Below, in pieces: positions 1 to 10,785 of a stretch of 64,000 nt of DNA. Position numbers and translations under genes: made by a program. The DNA comes from Fimbriimonadales bacterium (GTDB taxonomy: Bacteria > Armatimonadota > Fimbriimonadia > Fimbriimonadales > JABRVX01). Position 1 is the stretch's first letter. Each line of letters opens with the position of its first letter. The stretch is taken from positions 16,124-80,123 of the forward strand of contig BTVI01000013.1 of NCBI GenBank assembly GCA_045862955.1. Direction: 5' to 3'. The notes under the pieces were generated by a model. That model did not search any database, was not told where the DNA came from, and worked only from the letters and a program-made list of their open reading frames with translations.

Positions 1-213
1 AGGGGGACTTTCCGTAGAGCGATAGAACTTGGGCGGTGACACCACGATCCCTTCGACCTCGACGACCTGTGGTGCCGCGTTGTTGTTGTACGCGTCGTAG
101 GCTAGCTTGTTCGCCTGTGACGTCGTCTCGAGCGCATAGCTTGCGACGATGGCGGTGAGGGCAGCTAGGGATATCCCGAGCCGCACCACACCGCATGCGA
201 GAGCTCTGGACAT
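1..213 (-). CDS. 5' part of a probable secreted protein (runs off the window edge)
   Basis: AAAGGAG SD 6 nt before ATG 213; open frame MSRALACGVVRLGISLAALTAIVASYALETT... with a signal-peptide-like N-terminus; not in the ORF track because no stop in window. Confidence 0.6.
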   Translation of the reverse strand, partial: MSRALACGVVRLGISLAALTAIVASYALETTSQANKLAYDAYNNNAAPQVVEVEGIVVSPPKFYRSTESPP

Positions 214-405
214 GTGCATCTCCTTTGAGCAGAAGTTGATGTGGTTAGGGTGGACAAAGCAGGGAAGTGGAAACCGAAAGGCACGGCGTCCAGCCGCCAG
301 TGACCAGATTCTTATGTCGTTCACTCTCTTTCGTTTCATAGCATTTCAAAGGAAGATAGGGGCAACCAAGATAGGGCGCGAGAAGCGTCCCGGCGGGCAG
401 AATGC

Positions 406-1347
406 CTAATCTCTCAAGAGCGAGACATACCACTGATTGTCATCACGGGTCGGCACCCATGGATAGCGCTTGGGACGCTGTGCCTTGACGTGACCATCGC
501 ACATTAGGAAGTTGTTCATTTCGGTATGCCAAGGCTCGCCACCGCGATAGCTCCCCGTGCGGATCTCCTCGAACTCGTACACACCGTTGGGTTCTGATGG
601 GCTCTGCTTCGGGTGGCCCATGAAGCCTTTGACGAAGGTGTAGCCCCCGCTCCGACGGGGAGAACCCAGATACGGTCCGCGGCTACTCATGCCCTCCACC
701 GGGACGCCTTCATAGAGCAGTACGGTGTCACCGGGAACACGCAAGTATGAGTAGCGGAGTGGAATCTGAAATGGAATCTGCGCGACGCTCGAATACGTGT
801 TCTTGCCTATGGTGCCTTCGTAATAGCCGAAGTTCTGCTCCACCGACCCGATCTCCGGATGCGGGCTGCGCAGGTACCAGTTCATGCCATAGCTTCGAAT
901 CGTGAGCTGCTTGAACGTGATACTCCCCCCGGATTGCGGAATGTCGGTCTCGTGGTAGAGAGGGAACAGCTTGGGGCACGACCACACCGAGATGCCCTTC
1001 TTCTCGTCCGAGCTTCGATTCCGCATGTACGCGTTGAGACCACCGTTCGGGTTGGTGTCGGCCATGTCCCAGAAGGCCCCTTGGACGTTCAGCCCAGGCT
1101 CGTCGTTTTGCGCAGTGTCGTACTGATCGCGAGTTCCTGGCAGCGGCCACTTCTGACTGTAGTCGTTGCCGTAAAGAGTAAACGCGATTCCGAATTGCTT
1201 GAGATTGCTTGCGCAAGTAGCCTTGTGCGCTTGCTCACGGGCGCGGGCAAAAACGGGGAAGAGGATGGCCGCCAGGATCGCGATGATTGCGATCACGACC
1301 AAGAGTTCGATGAGGGTGAATCCCCCCAAGGGCCTGATTGGCTTCAT
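406..1347 (-). CDS. Prepilin-type N-terminal cleavage/methylation domain protein, DUF1559 family, with H-X9-DG C-terminal motif
   Basis: [30 protein letters not shown]...[30 protein letters not shown] before ATG 1347. Confidence 0.9.
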   Translation of the reverse strand: MKPIRPLGGFTLIELLVVIAIIAILAAILFPVFARAREQAHKATCASNLKQFGIAFTLYGNDYSQKWPLPGTRDQYDTAQNDEPGLNVQGAFWDMADTNPNGGLNAYMRNRSSDEKKGISVWSCPKLFPLYHETDIPQSGGSITFKQLTIRSYGMNWYLRSPHPEIGSVEQNFGYYEGTIGKNTYSSVAQIPFQIPLRYSYLRVPGDTVLLYEGVPVEGMSSRGPYLGSPRRSGGYTFVKGFMGHPKQSPSEPNGVYEFEEIRTGSYRGGEPWHTEMNNFLMCDGHVKAQRPKRYPWVPTRDDNQWYVSLLRD

Positions 1348-1491
1348 CCACGCCTCCTTGCTCGAGTTACCAGTCCGACCTTGTTGTACCACACGCGCAG
1401 GTTCGGAAGTCGTTAGTCTTCGGTGAACTTTTGGCGTAGAGGATCGGGGGTATACATACGCGACCCGAAACCGGGACAAGGAGCTTTTTTT

Positions 1492-3282
1492 ATGGCCGCC
1501 AACGCACCTAATTGGAACCTCTCCGACCTATTCGACTCGCCTACAGACCCGAGAATCGAGACCGCCCTCGAGCAGGGACTGACACGGGCGCAGCAGTTTG
1601 CCGCCAAATACCGTGGCAGGATTCGCTCTGAGAATCTTCAGGCCGATGAACTGCTAGCAGCACTCAGGGAATACGAGAGTCTGCTGCAGGAAAACAGTAA
1701 GCCGATGGAATTCGCTGGCCTCCTCTACGCTGCCAACACGGGGGACCCTGCGATCGCGAGATTTATGCAACTAATGCAGGAAAAGGCTACACAAATCTCG
1801 GTGGAGATCATGTTCTTCGCGCTCGAGCTTCTTGCGGCGGAAGAGGAGCACATCGAGAGGCTGCTCCGAGACCCAGCACTCCAGAACTACGTCCACTTCG
1901 TCCGTGCGTCCCGCGCCTTCCGCGACTACACGCTGTCCGAGCCCGAAGAGCGGATTTTGGAAGAGTGCAAGAATTCGGGGTCTCGCGCCTTCGGCCGACT
2001 GTTCACCGAGGTGTTGTCGAATCACCGCTTCCGCTTCGAGCTTCGAGGTGAGGTCTCCGAGCAAACGGAGTCGGAGCTCCTCGATAAGCTGCGCTCGCCC
2101 GACAGGGAAGAGCGCCGAGCCGCGGCCGAGTCGCTTACCGTGGGCCTAGGCGAACTCGAGCGGGTCTTGGTGCACACCTTCAACACGTTGCTACTCGACA
2201 AGGCAATCAACGACCGACTGCGCGGTCTTCCCACGCCGATGGAATCCCGACACATCAGCAACGAACTAGACAATGACACGGTCGAGATGGTGATGCAACT
2301 CTGTGAACAGGAGTACCCGCTCTGCGCACGGTACTACCGGCTGAAGAAGCAGATACTAGGACTCGACGAACTCACCCATTACGATCGCTATGCTCCCCTG
2401 TTCGAAACCGAGTCGCGGGTGGACTGGGACCAGGCCGAGGAGATCGTGCTAACCAGCTTCGGCAAGTTCTCTCAAACGATTCGCGAGCATGCAGAGAGGT
2501 TTTTCCGCAAGGGCTGGATTGACGCCGCCCCTGCCCCGGGGAAGATGGGCGGCGCTTTCTGTTCCTATGTCACGCCGGATCTGCACCCCTACGTGTTCCT
2601 CAACTACCACGGGAAGATGGATGACGTACTTACCTTGGCACACGAGTTGGGGCACGGCGTCCACGCGTCACTCTCCGCGGGGCAGACCTATCTCAACTAC
2701 AGCGGGACCCTGCCGCTTGCCGAGCTCGCCAGTACCTTCGGAGAAATGCTCGTGTTCGATGCGCTCCAAGAGACCGCCACCCCTAGGGACCGTCTGGCAA
2801 TGTACGCCGAGAGCATCGAGGGCGCTTTTGCCACCATCTTCCGACAGGCCGCGATGTACCGGTTCGAGCAAGATGTTCACATGCATCGGCGAGAGAAGGG
2901 AGAGATGACTGCCGAGGAAGTGGGAGCCTACTGGCAGTCCCGGCAGCAGGCCATGTTCGGCGATAGCGTAGTCCTGGGAGAAGACCATCGTCGTTGGTGG
3001 TCCTACGTGCCCCACTTCGTGCATTCGCCGTTCTACGTGTATGCGTACTCGTTCGGGGAACTGTTAGTGATGTCGCTCTACCGGATGGCGCTGGAGCAGG
3101 GCCCTGCGTTCGAGCCAAAATACGTCGCTTTGCTTCGGGCAGGCGGCAGCAAGAGCCCTCATGAACTCATGTCCAGCGTCGGGATCGATCTGCGCTCTCG
3201 AGACTTCTGGTTGGGGGGCTTTCGGGTCCTGGAAGACAGGATTCAGCGCTTCGAGAAGTTGTGGGAAGAGTTCGATGCCTAG
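1492..3282 (+). CDS. pepF: M3B oligoendopeptidase F
   Basis: WNLSDLF N-terminus, [16 protein letters not shown] zinc motif, AELAS, FYVYAY; AGGAG SD before ATG 1492. Confidence 0.9.
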   Translation: MAANAPNWNLSDLFDSPTDPRIETALEQGLTRAQQFAAKYRGRIRSENLQADELLAALREYESLLQENSKPMEFAGLLYAANTGDPAIARFMQLMQEKATQISVEIMFFALELLAAEEEHIERLLRDPALQNYVHFVRASRAFRDYTLSEPEERILEECKNSGSRAFGRLFTEVLSNHRFRFELRGEVSEQTESELLDKLRSPDREERRAAAESLTVGLGELERVLVHTFNTLLLDKAINDRLRGLPTPMESRHISNELDNDTVEMVMQLCEQEYPLCARYYRLKKQILGLDELTHYDRYAPLFETESRVDWDQAEEIVLTSFGKFSQTIREHAERFFRKGWIDAAPAPGKMGGAFCSYVTPDLHPYVFLNYHGKMDDVLTLAHELGHGVHASLSAGQTYLNYSGTLPLAELASTFGEMLVFDALQETATPRDRLAMYAESIEGAFATIFRQAAMYRFEQDVHMHRREKGEMTAEEVGAYWQSRQQAMFGDSVVLGEDHRRWWSYVPHFVHSPFYVYAYSFGELLVMSLYRMALEQGPAFEPKYVALLRAGGSKSPHELMSSVGIDLRSRDFWLGGFRVLEDRIQRFEKLWEEFDA

Positions 3283-3305
3283 GACGGAGGAAGGGGAAAA
3301 AAGTT

Positions 3306-3330
3306 GGGCGGGAGCCTGGGGCTCCCGCCC
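3306..3330. terminator. Intrinsic terminator hairpin after pepF
   Basis: GGGCGGGAGCC-TGG-GGCTCCCGCCC perfect 11-bp stem, A-tract on the left, TGTTT on the right. Confidence 0.75.
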
Positions 3331-3367
3331 CATGTTTCACTCTGACCAAGCGAAAAGCGCACCAAGC

Positions 3368-3393
3368 CGACCGGCCGATGGGTTGGCCGGTCG
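3368..3393 (-). terminator. Hairpin, possible minus-strand terminator
   Basis: CGACCGGCCGA-TGGG-TTGGCCGGTCG stem. Confidence 0.45.
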
Positions 3394-3883
3394 CCACGTC
3401 ATCGTGCTGCTCTCGTCGGTCGCGATGCGGCTACCGGAGGAACCGCGCACCCCGCATCGCGCACTGGAAACGCTTGGCAGAGCATGAGCCGGCTGGCAGG
3501 TTGTCGCACCGTCCGGGCGGGCATTCAGCCAGCGAGGCCCATAGACGACGAAATCGGATAGTCGGGACGGGGAAGTGATGAAATGCCGCGTGCCGCGGAA
3601 CCGACACGTGAACACTCTCGCGACAGCAGAAACAGTCGCCTCTAACCCGACATGGCTGCCGGGAGTCCACCATCCAGTATCCAAAACAATCTCTCCCTCG
3701 AGAGAATCCAATTCAGGCAACACAGTGCCGCTTCAACCGACCTCATGAGCCGGCTGCTACATCATATTACCGCAACTTTCAGCCTTTCGCCATAGCAGAT
3801 TCGAAGATCTTGCTGTCGGCCCGGCAAGATTGCTGGAAAAGGCCCGAATTGGGCAGGCATCCACGCCTCGGTATAATGGCCGT

Positions 3884-4786
3884 ATGCCCGAGGATGCTCT
3901 GCGGCGCGTCAAGCTCAGGGCGGCTGTGCTGTCCATCGTCTCCAACACGCTGCTGGTCGTTCTGAAGCTGGTCGTCGGCGTGGTGACGCTGTCGGTGAGC
4001 GTCATCTCGGAGGCGGTGCACTCCGCTTCCGACTTAGTCGCCAGCCTGCTTGCGTTCTTCGGCATCCGGGCCGCCTCGGTACCTGCCGATGAAGGACATC
4101 CCTACGGCCATGGCAAGGCCGAGAGCATCTCGGCGTTCGTTCAGGCCCTGCTGATCTTTGCAGGCGGCTGCGTGGTGGTTGTCGAAGCGGTTCGCCGCCT
4201 GTTCCACCCCGCCGAGATCCGAGTGGACTTTGCAATCGCCGTCATGGCGTTGTCCGCCATAGCCAACACCTTCGTCTCGGCGTATCTCCTCCGCGTTGCT
4301 CGAAAGACCGAGTCGCCCGCTCTAAAGGCTGATGGCTACCACCTGCTGACGGACGTGTGGACGTCGGTGGGTGTCTTGGCGGGGCTGGTGCTGGTGAAGC
4401 TGACCGGTTGGCACATCGTGGACCCTCTAGTCGCCATCGGGGTGTCACTCCTCATCATGCGGCTCTCGTGGCACTTGACCCTGGAGGCCATTCATCCTCT
4501 GATGGACGCAGCGCTGCCGCAGTGGGAGGAAGAGAAAATCCGGGCCATTCTGCTCTCAGACAGCCACGTTCGGGACTTTCACAAGCTGCGCACACGCCGG
4601 TCCGGACGTTCGAGGATGGTAGACGTGCACGTTCTTCTGGACGACGACCTGTCGCTGGTGGATGCGCACCACATCGCCGAAGAGCTAGAGGACAAGGTGC
4701 GACAAGCGTTTCCGAGGGTGGAGATTAGCATTCACTTCGAGCCTCACGAGGCAGAGCTGCTCCACCAACAGACCCATCACGCCTAG
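3884..4786 (+). CDS. Cation diffusion facilitator (FieF-like) transporter
   Basis: SEAVHSASD, HPYGHGKAE, HLLTD, C-terminal dimerisation domain ending IHFEP. Confidence 0.92.
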   Translation: MPEDALRRVKLRAAVLSIVSNTLLVVLKLVVGVVTLSVSVISEAVHSASDLVASLLAFFGIRAASVPADEGHPYGHGKAESISAFVQALLIFAGGCVVVVEAVRRLFHPAEIRVDFAIAVMALSAIANTFVSAYLLRVARKTESPALKADGYHLLTDVWTSVGVLAGLVLVKLTGWHIVDPLVAIGVSLLIMRLSWHLTLEAIHPLMDAALPQWEEEKIRAILLSDSHVRDFHKLRTRRSGRSRMVDVHVLLDDDLSLVDAHHIAEELEDKVRQAFPRVEISIHFEPHEAELLHQQTHHA

Positions 4787-4799
4787 CCCGACAGCACAA

Positions 4800-4828
4800 C
4801 GGGCGACCGGTCTGGGTCCGGTCGCCCG
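4800..4828. terminator. Hairpin between convergent CDF and dusB genes
   Basis: CGGGCGACCGG-TCTGGGT-CCGGTCGCCCG perfect 11-bp stem. Confidence 0.7.
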
Positions 4829-4968
4829 CTACGCGTCACTCCATAACCGTCTCGGTGTAGGAGTTTTCTACTCGGGTGTGGGTTGGTTACTGCTTGTTCG
4901 TTCTCCTCACCGGCTTTGACGTCGGAGGACCCCCATTTCGTTCACCCGGTTTGCGGCTTGTAGTGCGA

Positions 4969-6009
4969 TTAGGACTTGGGGCCCAACTCCGCTAGTGCTG
5001 CCTGCACGTCAGCCACCGAGCACGCCCGCGAGATGCGCTCCCTGAGGCGGGCTGCGCCCTCGAAGCCGCGAAAGTAACCGGGCAACTGACCACGGAGGCT
5101 TCGGACGGCGCGCTCTTCGCTGCCGAGCTCAGCGATATGTCGTCCGAGGTGTTCCAGCGCTACCCGACAGCGCTCGTCGAACGACGGGTCGGGTTGCGGC
5201 GGACGGCCTTCGAGGTAGTCCCGCACCTGAGAAAGGATCCAAGGGTTCGCGATGGCAGCGCGCCCGATCATCACGCCGTCGCACCCCGTCTCTCTGAACA
5301 TGCGTTCGGCATCGGAGGGAGTGCGAATGTCACCATTGCCGATAACCGGGATGCTCACCGCACTCTTCATCTCCCCGATCAGAGACCAGTCGGCTCTGCC
5401 GGTAAACCCCTGCCTTGCCGTTCGTGCGTGCAGGGTGATTGCCTGGGCTCCGGCTCGTTCAAAGCGAGGCGCGAGGGCGACCGAGGCAAGGTGACCGTGG
5501 TCCCACCCTGCCCGGACCTTCACGGTCACGGGTACTTCCGCAGCGGCAACCACCGCTTCCAGCACGGCTAGCGCCTGATCTGGGTCTTTCAGCAGCGCCG
5601 CCCCGCTGCCCTGTCTGCATACCTTGGGTACCCAGCAACCCATGTTGATGTCCACGATGTCAGCACCCATGTCCCTCGCGATGCGGGCGCTTTCGGCCAT
5701 TGCGCTGGGCTCGGCACCGAAGATCTGAACGGCCAAGGGGCGCTCCTCATCCCGCACCCGCATCTTGGGAATCGAGCGAGACGGTGCGTATCGAACCGCC
5801 ATCGCGCTCACGAACTCGGTCACCATGAGGCCGGGCCCGCCGATGCGCTTGGCGATGGCGCGATAGGCAGCGTTGGTCACGTCCTCCATCGGTGCGAGGA
5901 CGATGGGAGGGTCCACGAGGACTGTCCCGATGCGAAATGGACACACGAGTGGATTATGCCGCACCGGCGGCCTACCGAAAAGTTCAAGTACCTCGTGAGA
6001 ATCCGGCAC
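4969..6009 (-). CDS. dusB: tRNA-dihydrouridine synthase B
   Basis: LAPMEDVT, VQIFG, DINMGC, LHARTARQ, GNGDI, GVMIGRA. Confidence 0.9.
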   Translation of the reverse strand: MPDSHEVLELFGRPPVRHNPLVCPFRIGTVLVDPPIVLAPMEDVTNAAYRAIAKRIGGPGLMVTEFVSAMAVRYAPSRSIPKMRVRDEERPLAVQIFGAEPSAMAESARIARDMGADIVDINMGCWVPKVCRQGSGAALLKDPDQALAVLEAVVAAAEVPVTVKVRAGWDHGHLASVALAPRFERAGAQAITLHARTARQGFTGRADWSLIGEMKSAVSIPVIGNGDIRTPSDAERMFRETGCDGVMIGRAAIANPWILSQVRDYLEGRPPQPDPSFDERCRVALEHLGRHIAELGSEERAVRSLRGQLPGYFRGFEGAARLRERISRACSVADVQAALAELGPKS

Positions 6010-6051
6010 AATAGATATGGAACCTCGGCAAGCTACCAGGGAGGGGACTTT

Positions 6052-7080
6052 ATGGGCTTATTTGCAGCCTTCATCTTGTTGATGAATACCGCACTCCCCG
6101 TGGACGAGCAGCGCGAGCTCGAAGTCGGTGGGGCTACGTTGCACGTGCACATCCGCGGCGCAGACAGCGGGAACCCGTATGCGCTGTACCTTCACGGTGG
6201 TCCAGGCTATTCCTCGCTGCCCTTTATGGCAACCGCAGGGCCGGAACTGGAGCGGTCGCTTACGGTCGTGTATCTCGACCAGCGCGGGTGCGGCTTGTCT
6301 TCGCCCTTGACCCCCGACGCAGCCAAGGCGTATTCCCTCGAACGGCTACTGCGCGACATCGAGGAGGTGCGGCAGCAGCTGGGCATCGAAAAGTGGGCGG
6401 TGATCGCACATGCGTGGGGTGGACTTCTGGGGTTGCACTATGTAACGCAGCACCCTGAACGCGTCTCGTGCTTCATCAACATCAGCGGGCTCGTGTCGGT
6501 GCCCATCATGACGGACGACGTGTTGGAAAACGCCGCAGCGAAGGCCAAACAGTGGCTAAAGGATGGCAGCGAGGGAGAGAAAGCGCGAGCCAAAGTGCTG
6601 CTGGAACAGGTGGGGGACCTGCGCAAAATGTCCCAGTCGGATCCGCGCCGGCTTGCCGGTGCCTACGTGCTCGCACTCGGAGAGGCGCAGCTCTACTTCC
6701 ACGACCCGAACTCGGCGACGGTGCAGGCGGAGCTTCGAAAACTGAAGGCAGAAGCCGAAAAGTACAAGATATCGGTTGAGAAGTTGGACTTGGCTGCGGC
6801 AGTCAGCACGGCCCTCGTGCAAAACGAAAGCTTTCACACCATGGACGCCACGCCGTTGCTGAAGAGGGTGTCGGTACCGACCCTCCTGATCGGAGGCCGA
6901 TCGGACGGCGTGGTGACGACACGCCAGTTGGAGATCGCCCGCCGCTTCATCAAGGGTGCGCAGTTCGAGATCCTGGATGAGTGCGGTCACTTCGCGTTTT
7001 ATGAGCAGCCACAAAAGCTGATGCTGGCCATACTGCGTTTCCTGCCTCGCGCCAACTGGACACCGCCCGGCAGCGGCTAG
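6052..7080 (+). CDS. Alpha/beta hydrolase, proline iminopeptidase-like, with Ala at the nucleophile position
   Basis: LHGGPG, DQRGCGLS, nucleophile elbow AHAWGG, late D (RSDG) and H (CGHF); GGAGG SD; short hydrophobic N-terminus. Confidence 0.85.
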   Translation: MGLFAAFILLMNTALPVDEQRELEVGGATLHVHIRGADSGNPYALYLHGGPGYSSLPFMATAGPELERSLTVVYLDQRGCGLSSPLTPDAAKAYSLERLLRDIEEVRQQLGIEKWAVIAHAWGGLLGLHYVTQHPERVSCFINISGLVSVPIMTDDVLENAAAKAKQWLKDGSEGEKARAKVLLEQVGDLRKMSQSDPRRLAGAYVLALGEAQLYFHDPNSATVQAELRKLKAEAEKYKISVEKLDLAAAVSTALVQNESFHTMDATPLLKRVSVPTLLIGGRSDGVVTTRQLEIARRFIKGAQFEILDECGHFAFYEQPQKLMLAILRFLPRANWTPPGSG

Positions 7081-7874
7081 AGCCCGCACCGGTCTCGGAG
7101 ATATTCCCTGCACACGGCAGCGCTCTCGCGGGGTGTGGTCAGACTTTGGTCCACCTCGACCGTCAACCAGCCGGCGTATCCTGCGTCGGTAAGGACCTGT
7201 ACGATAGCTTCGATATCTATGAAGCCGAGGCCCAACTCGCAGAAGTTGCCATAAGTTGGCCGCCCGAGCTGGCGGTCCTTCAAATGTACGTATCGGGTCC
7301 GGGCTGCGTACCGGATGAAGTACTCCACTGGACACGCTCCCCCTGCCGACAGCTGTGCGCTATCGAAGCCGCAAAACAGCAGGTCGGGAGCCGTGTACTC
7401 GAGGAACAAGTCAATCTCCTCCGGCCGCTCGATCAGCGTATGGATGTGGTTATGAAAAGCGGCGATGACGCCTGTCTCCTCCTGCAAGCGCCTGCAGAGC
7501 TCGTTGACATGGCGTGCGTACTCGCGAATGGTCTCCGGTGGGTGAGATACGGTTCGCTCGACCTGTCGCTCCGGGGCCGAGAGCACGATGATCTCCGCTC
7601 CGAGTTCTCGGAGTGCCTGCGCGATGGCGAGTTCTCGACGCATCTCCTCCTCGCGTGACGCCGGATCGAGCAGTGAGACCCCAGTGTAGGTGGCGCTGCA
7701 ACGGAGCCCCGCTTCTTCTAACATGCCGCGAAGGCGGGAGGTGTCGTCCAAGTAGTTGGCGACCGGAGGTTCGATCCCATCGTAGCCGAGAGCCGAAACC
7801 TCTCGACACACCTGGTCGAGCGGCGTGCTGCCCCACGTAATGGGTTGAATAGCGATCGGGGGTTTGTTGTTCAT
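7077..7874 (-). CDS. Sugar phosphate isomerase/epimerase (IolE/AP endonuclease 2 TIM barrel)
   Basis: QPITW, GYDGIE, FHNH, YVHLKD, GWLTVEVD. Confidence 0.85.
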   Translation of the reverse strand: MNNKPPIAIQPITWGSTPLDQVCREVSALGYDGIEPPVANYLDDTSRLRGMLEEAGLRCSATYTGVSLLDPASREEEMRRELAIAQALRELGAEIIVLSAPERQVERTVSHPPETIREYARHVNELCRRLQEETGVIAAFHNHIHTLIERPEEIDLFLEYTAPDLLFCGFDSAQLSAGGACPVEYFIRYAARTRYVHLKDRQLGRPTYGNFCELGLGFIDIEAIVQVLTDAGYAGWLTVEVDQSLTTPRESAAVCREYLRDRCGL

Positions 7875-7950
7875 TCCCTTGCCTTCAATGCGATTCCACG
7901 CTGGATAGCAACCATTGTCCATCCATGCGCCGACCGATTATACTGTCGGT

Positions 7951-8664
7951 ATGGCATCCAGACCCCTTATTGGCGTCACTGCGGACCTCGTCGAGAACGC
8001 CTCCGGCCCGCCGGAACGCGCTCTGCTGCCTTACTGCCGAGCTATTGCCATTGGAGGAGGGGTGCCCTTGATTCTGCCTTTCGTGGACGATCCATCGGCC
8101 TACGCTCAGCAGCTCGACGGCTGGCTGATCGCCGGCGGTAGGGACCTGCCGCCCGGGGAGTACGGTGAAGCGCCTCAACCCGAGACTGAGCCGATTTCGG
8201 ACGCGCGGCACGGTTTCGAGAAGCGCCTGTGGGAGTGTTTCCTGCCCACCGGCAAGCCCATTCTGGGCATCTGCTATGGCTGCCAGTTCGTCAACGTGCG
8301 ACTCGGCGGCAGCCTACACCAGCACATCCCCACCGCGATTCCCAGCGCGCACCCGCACAGCGGCGCGCCAGGGAAGCCGTTGGTTCACCCTGTCACCGTC
8401 GAGACCGATTCGCGCCTGGCAGAGGCGTGTGGAGCTTCCGAGTTCGATTGCTCTAGCTCCCACCACCAAGCGATCCATCGCGTGGCTCCAAACCTGAGGG
8501 TCACTGCCCGCGCCGACGATGGCGTGATCGAAGGCGTCGAGTCCCTGGATGGTCGTTGGCTCGTGGGTGTGCAGTGGCATCCTGAGCGAACACCCGACAG
8601 TCCGGCGACTGTCGGGTTGATGCGTGCGTTCGTGCTCGCTGCTTTCCAGGCGGGCGCACGATGA
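7951..8664 (+). CDS. Peptidase C26 gamma-glutamyl-gamma-aminobutyrate hydrolase family (PuuD-like)
   Basis: RPLIGV, GGRD, GICYGCQ, SHHQA, VQWHPE. Confidence 0.9.
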   Translation: MASRPLIGVTADLVENASGPPERALLPYCRAIAIGGGVPLILPFVDDPSAYAQQLDGWLIAGGRDLPPGEYGEAPQPETEPISDARHGFEKRLWECFLPTGKPILGICYGCQFVNVRLGGSLHQHIPTAIPSAHPHSGAPGKPLVHPVTVETDSRLAEACGASEFDCSSSHHQAIHRVAPNLRVTARADDGVIEGVESLDGRWLVGVQWHPERTPDSPATVGLMRAFVLAAFQAGAR

Positions 8665-10508
8665 GGGTTGCGGTTACCCCGTTCGCTACCTCCTCACCGG
8701 AGTACGCCGCGCACGGCCGTCAGTTCGCACATCTCGTTGCCGAGAGCTTGAAGGCCATCCCGGGCCTGCAGGTGATGGAAGTGTCGTTTGTGGCCCGGCT
8801 GCAGCGAGAGGGTAGGGAAGAGCGGGTCATGGTGGCTGCAGAGCCACGAGACGCCTACTGGTCGCGCAAGCTGCTCGAGCAGTTGCAGGCCGACGCAGTG
8901 GTACATGGTAGGCTGGGCGTCGCCGACCGGCTGGAGCTGACCCTGGGAGTAACCACCTCCGCCTCCGAGGCGGTCGCTGAGCGGACGCTGTCCGCTGACA
9001 GGGCGGAGGTGGCGGACCTCATCGAGCAGATGCTGGTGGAGACTGCGAGCATGCTCGGTCAGGTGCCCGCGGCAGTCGTAGGCGCGCTAGGCGCATCGTT
9101 GCGGGAGTCCTCCGGCGAGGCAGTGCTTGCTCTGCTCGAAGGATGGGACGCACTGGCCTATCTGCGACAAGTCGGCGACTACTTGCCGGAGGATGTGAGC
9201 TTCGAGGCGGCGTTCGATGCCTTAGTACGTGCCGTCCGTCTGGATCCGGACTACCTGGCACCCTATGAGGCCCTCATCGAACTGACGCGCCAATGCGTGC
9301 ACCTGGGACCCATACACGCCGACGTGATCGAGCGCAGCCTGAAGACGGTGAACGAGCTGTGCGAAGACGACTGGCGTGGGTGGTACTCGTTGGGAGACCT
9401 GTATCATAGGTTGAACCGAGATACCCTCGCGCTGGAATGCTTTGAGAGGTCACTGAAGTTGAACCCTAGCGAGCCCGCTCTGTGGACGCGGTTAGGTCTC
9501 GTGCAAGCGGCGCTGGGGTTCAAAACCGAGGCGATGAAATCGTTCGAGGAAGCCATCTCGAGGGAGTCGCCGCTCGAGCCGAGTCCGACCGCAGCTGCTT
9601 ACGCTGCTCTGCTCGTAAAGGAAGGCAAGAAGGACGAGGCACACGCTTTGTGGCAGCGATTGAGGGACCGAGATCCTAGTGTAGCCATTCACTGGATTAA
9701 CCTCGCGATGAGCCACGAGAGTCGTGGCGAGGGTGATACGGCACTGCACGTTTTGGAAGAGGCTCTCGGAGTTGTTGATAGTCCCGAGCAGGTGCACTTA
9801 CACTTGGCACGCTCTCACATGCACCGCGAGAGCCACGCAAAGGCGCTAGTGCATTACGAAGCCGCCGTTGAGGCACTTCCTAACCAACCGGGTTTGGCGG
9901 TGGAGATGGCAGATTGCCTCTACTTCTGCGGGAAGGTAGGCGACGCCGTACGAGTGCTGAAAGCTGCCCTAGCACAGGACCCCGGTCCACCGATCCGCGC
10001 AGCCCTCGAGGCTCGCCGAATGGAGATGGAGGAGCCGGAGAAGCTGGAGCGCTTCCGCCACCTGACCAAACGCCTGACGGAAGGCCCCGACTCGGCTGCG
10101 CTCTTCGAATTGGAGCAGCTCAGCCGTTGGCTCGGAGACTACTGGCCGGTGTGGGAGATCCTGGCGCGCGGGTTCAACCGCACTGGCAACGCCGAGAAGG
10201 CGGAAACCGCGTCGAGACGGCTCCTGGCGATGCTGCCGCAATATGCGGTTGCCTACGGTGAGCTTGCTGCTGCGCTCTTCGCGCAGGGGAAGGCCGACGA
10301 GGCGTACCGAACCTTTCGGCAGGCCATGCGCAAGCTGCCCTACGACCCGTTGGTGCTCGCCAACTACGGCATCGCGGCGAAGATGCTCGGTCGTGACGAG
10401 GATGCCGAGCAAGCCGCACAGCGGTTGGAGGCGATGGGTCAGGAAGAACTCAGCTCACGAGTGCGCGAGGCCCGCCGAGCGGAGTCCCTTCCGTCCACGA
10501 GCGACTAG
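8661..10508 (+). CDS. Tetratricopeptide repeat protein
   Basis: Many TPR-like helix pairs (WYSLGDLY...ALECFERSLKLNP); ATGA overlap with upstream gene. Confidence 0.85.
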   Translation: MRVAVTPFATSSPEYAAHGRQFAHLVAESLKAIPGLQVMEVSFVARLQREGREERVMVAAEPRDAYWSRKLLEQLQADAVVHGRLGVADRLELTLGVTTSASEAVAERTLSADRAEVADLIEQMLVETASMLGQVPAAVVGALGASLRESSGEAVLALLEGWDALAYLRQVGDYLPEDVSFEAAFDALVRAVRLDPDYLAPYEALIELTRQCVHLGPIHADVIERSLKTVNELCEDDWRGWYSLGDLYHRLNRDTLALECFERSLKLNPSEPALWTRLGLVQAALGFKTEAMKSFEEAISRESPLEPSPTAAAYAALLVKEGKKDEAHALWQRLRDRDPSVAIHWINLAMSHESRGEGDTALHVLEEALGVVDSPEQVHLHLARSHMHRESHAKALVHYEAAVEALPNQPGLAVEMADCLYFCGKVGDAVRVLKAALAQDPGPPIRAALEARRMEMEEPEKLERFRHLTKRLTEGPDSAALFELEQLSRWLGDYWPVWEILARGFNRTGNAEKAETASRRLLAMLPQYAVAYGELAAALFAQGKADEAYRTFRQAMRKLPYDPLVLANYGIAAKMLGRDEDAEQAAQRLEAMGQEELSSRVREARRAESLPSTSD

Positions 10509-10546
10509 CTGAGGCCTTGCCTCGTGCACTGCCGTCTCGGCGACCG

Positions 10547-10639
10547 CTCTGCGACCTCCGCGCGAAAGCCCGAATCGGGGCCTTGAGGGGCGAGCAGTCG
10601 TATCCCCCCACGTTGCGATCTCGCGTAGAGCGCGCAGAG
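10547..10639. repeat. Degenerate REP-like inverted pair with 55-nt spacer
   Basis: CTCTGCGACCTCCGCGCGA (10547-10565) vs TCGCGTAGAGCGCGCAGAG (10621-10639), 15/19 complementary, between convergent genes. Confidence 0.45.
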
Positions 10640-10785
10640 ATCGGACGAGGTCGCGCTAGGTGGAATGCCGGGGCGAGGTTCGGCAGGCCCCTGCTTGCGA
10701 CTCTGTCTGTTCCTGTGCGTGCTCCGCGTGATAGCGCTAGCCGCATCGGTGTGAGGCCGACGAGATGACTCCAGTCGCAGAAGGG

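Noticed and set aside
353..376. Direct repeat AAGATAGGG x2 upstream of the first gene
   Set aside because: Only 9 bp and two copies; too weak to call a regulatory site
3717..3731. Sigma54 promoter CGGCAC-TGTG-TTGC on the minus strand
   Set aside because: GG-to-GC spacing is 9 nt; sigma54 requires 10
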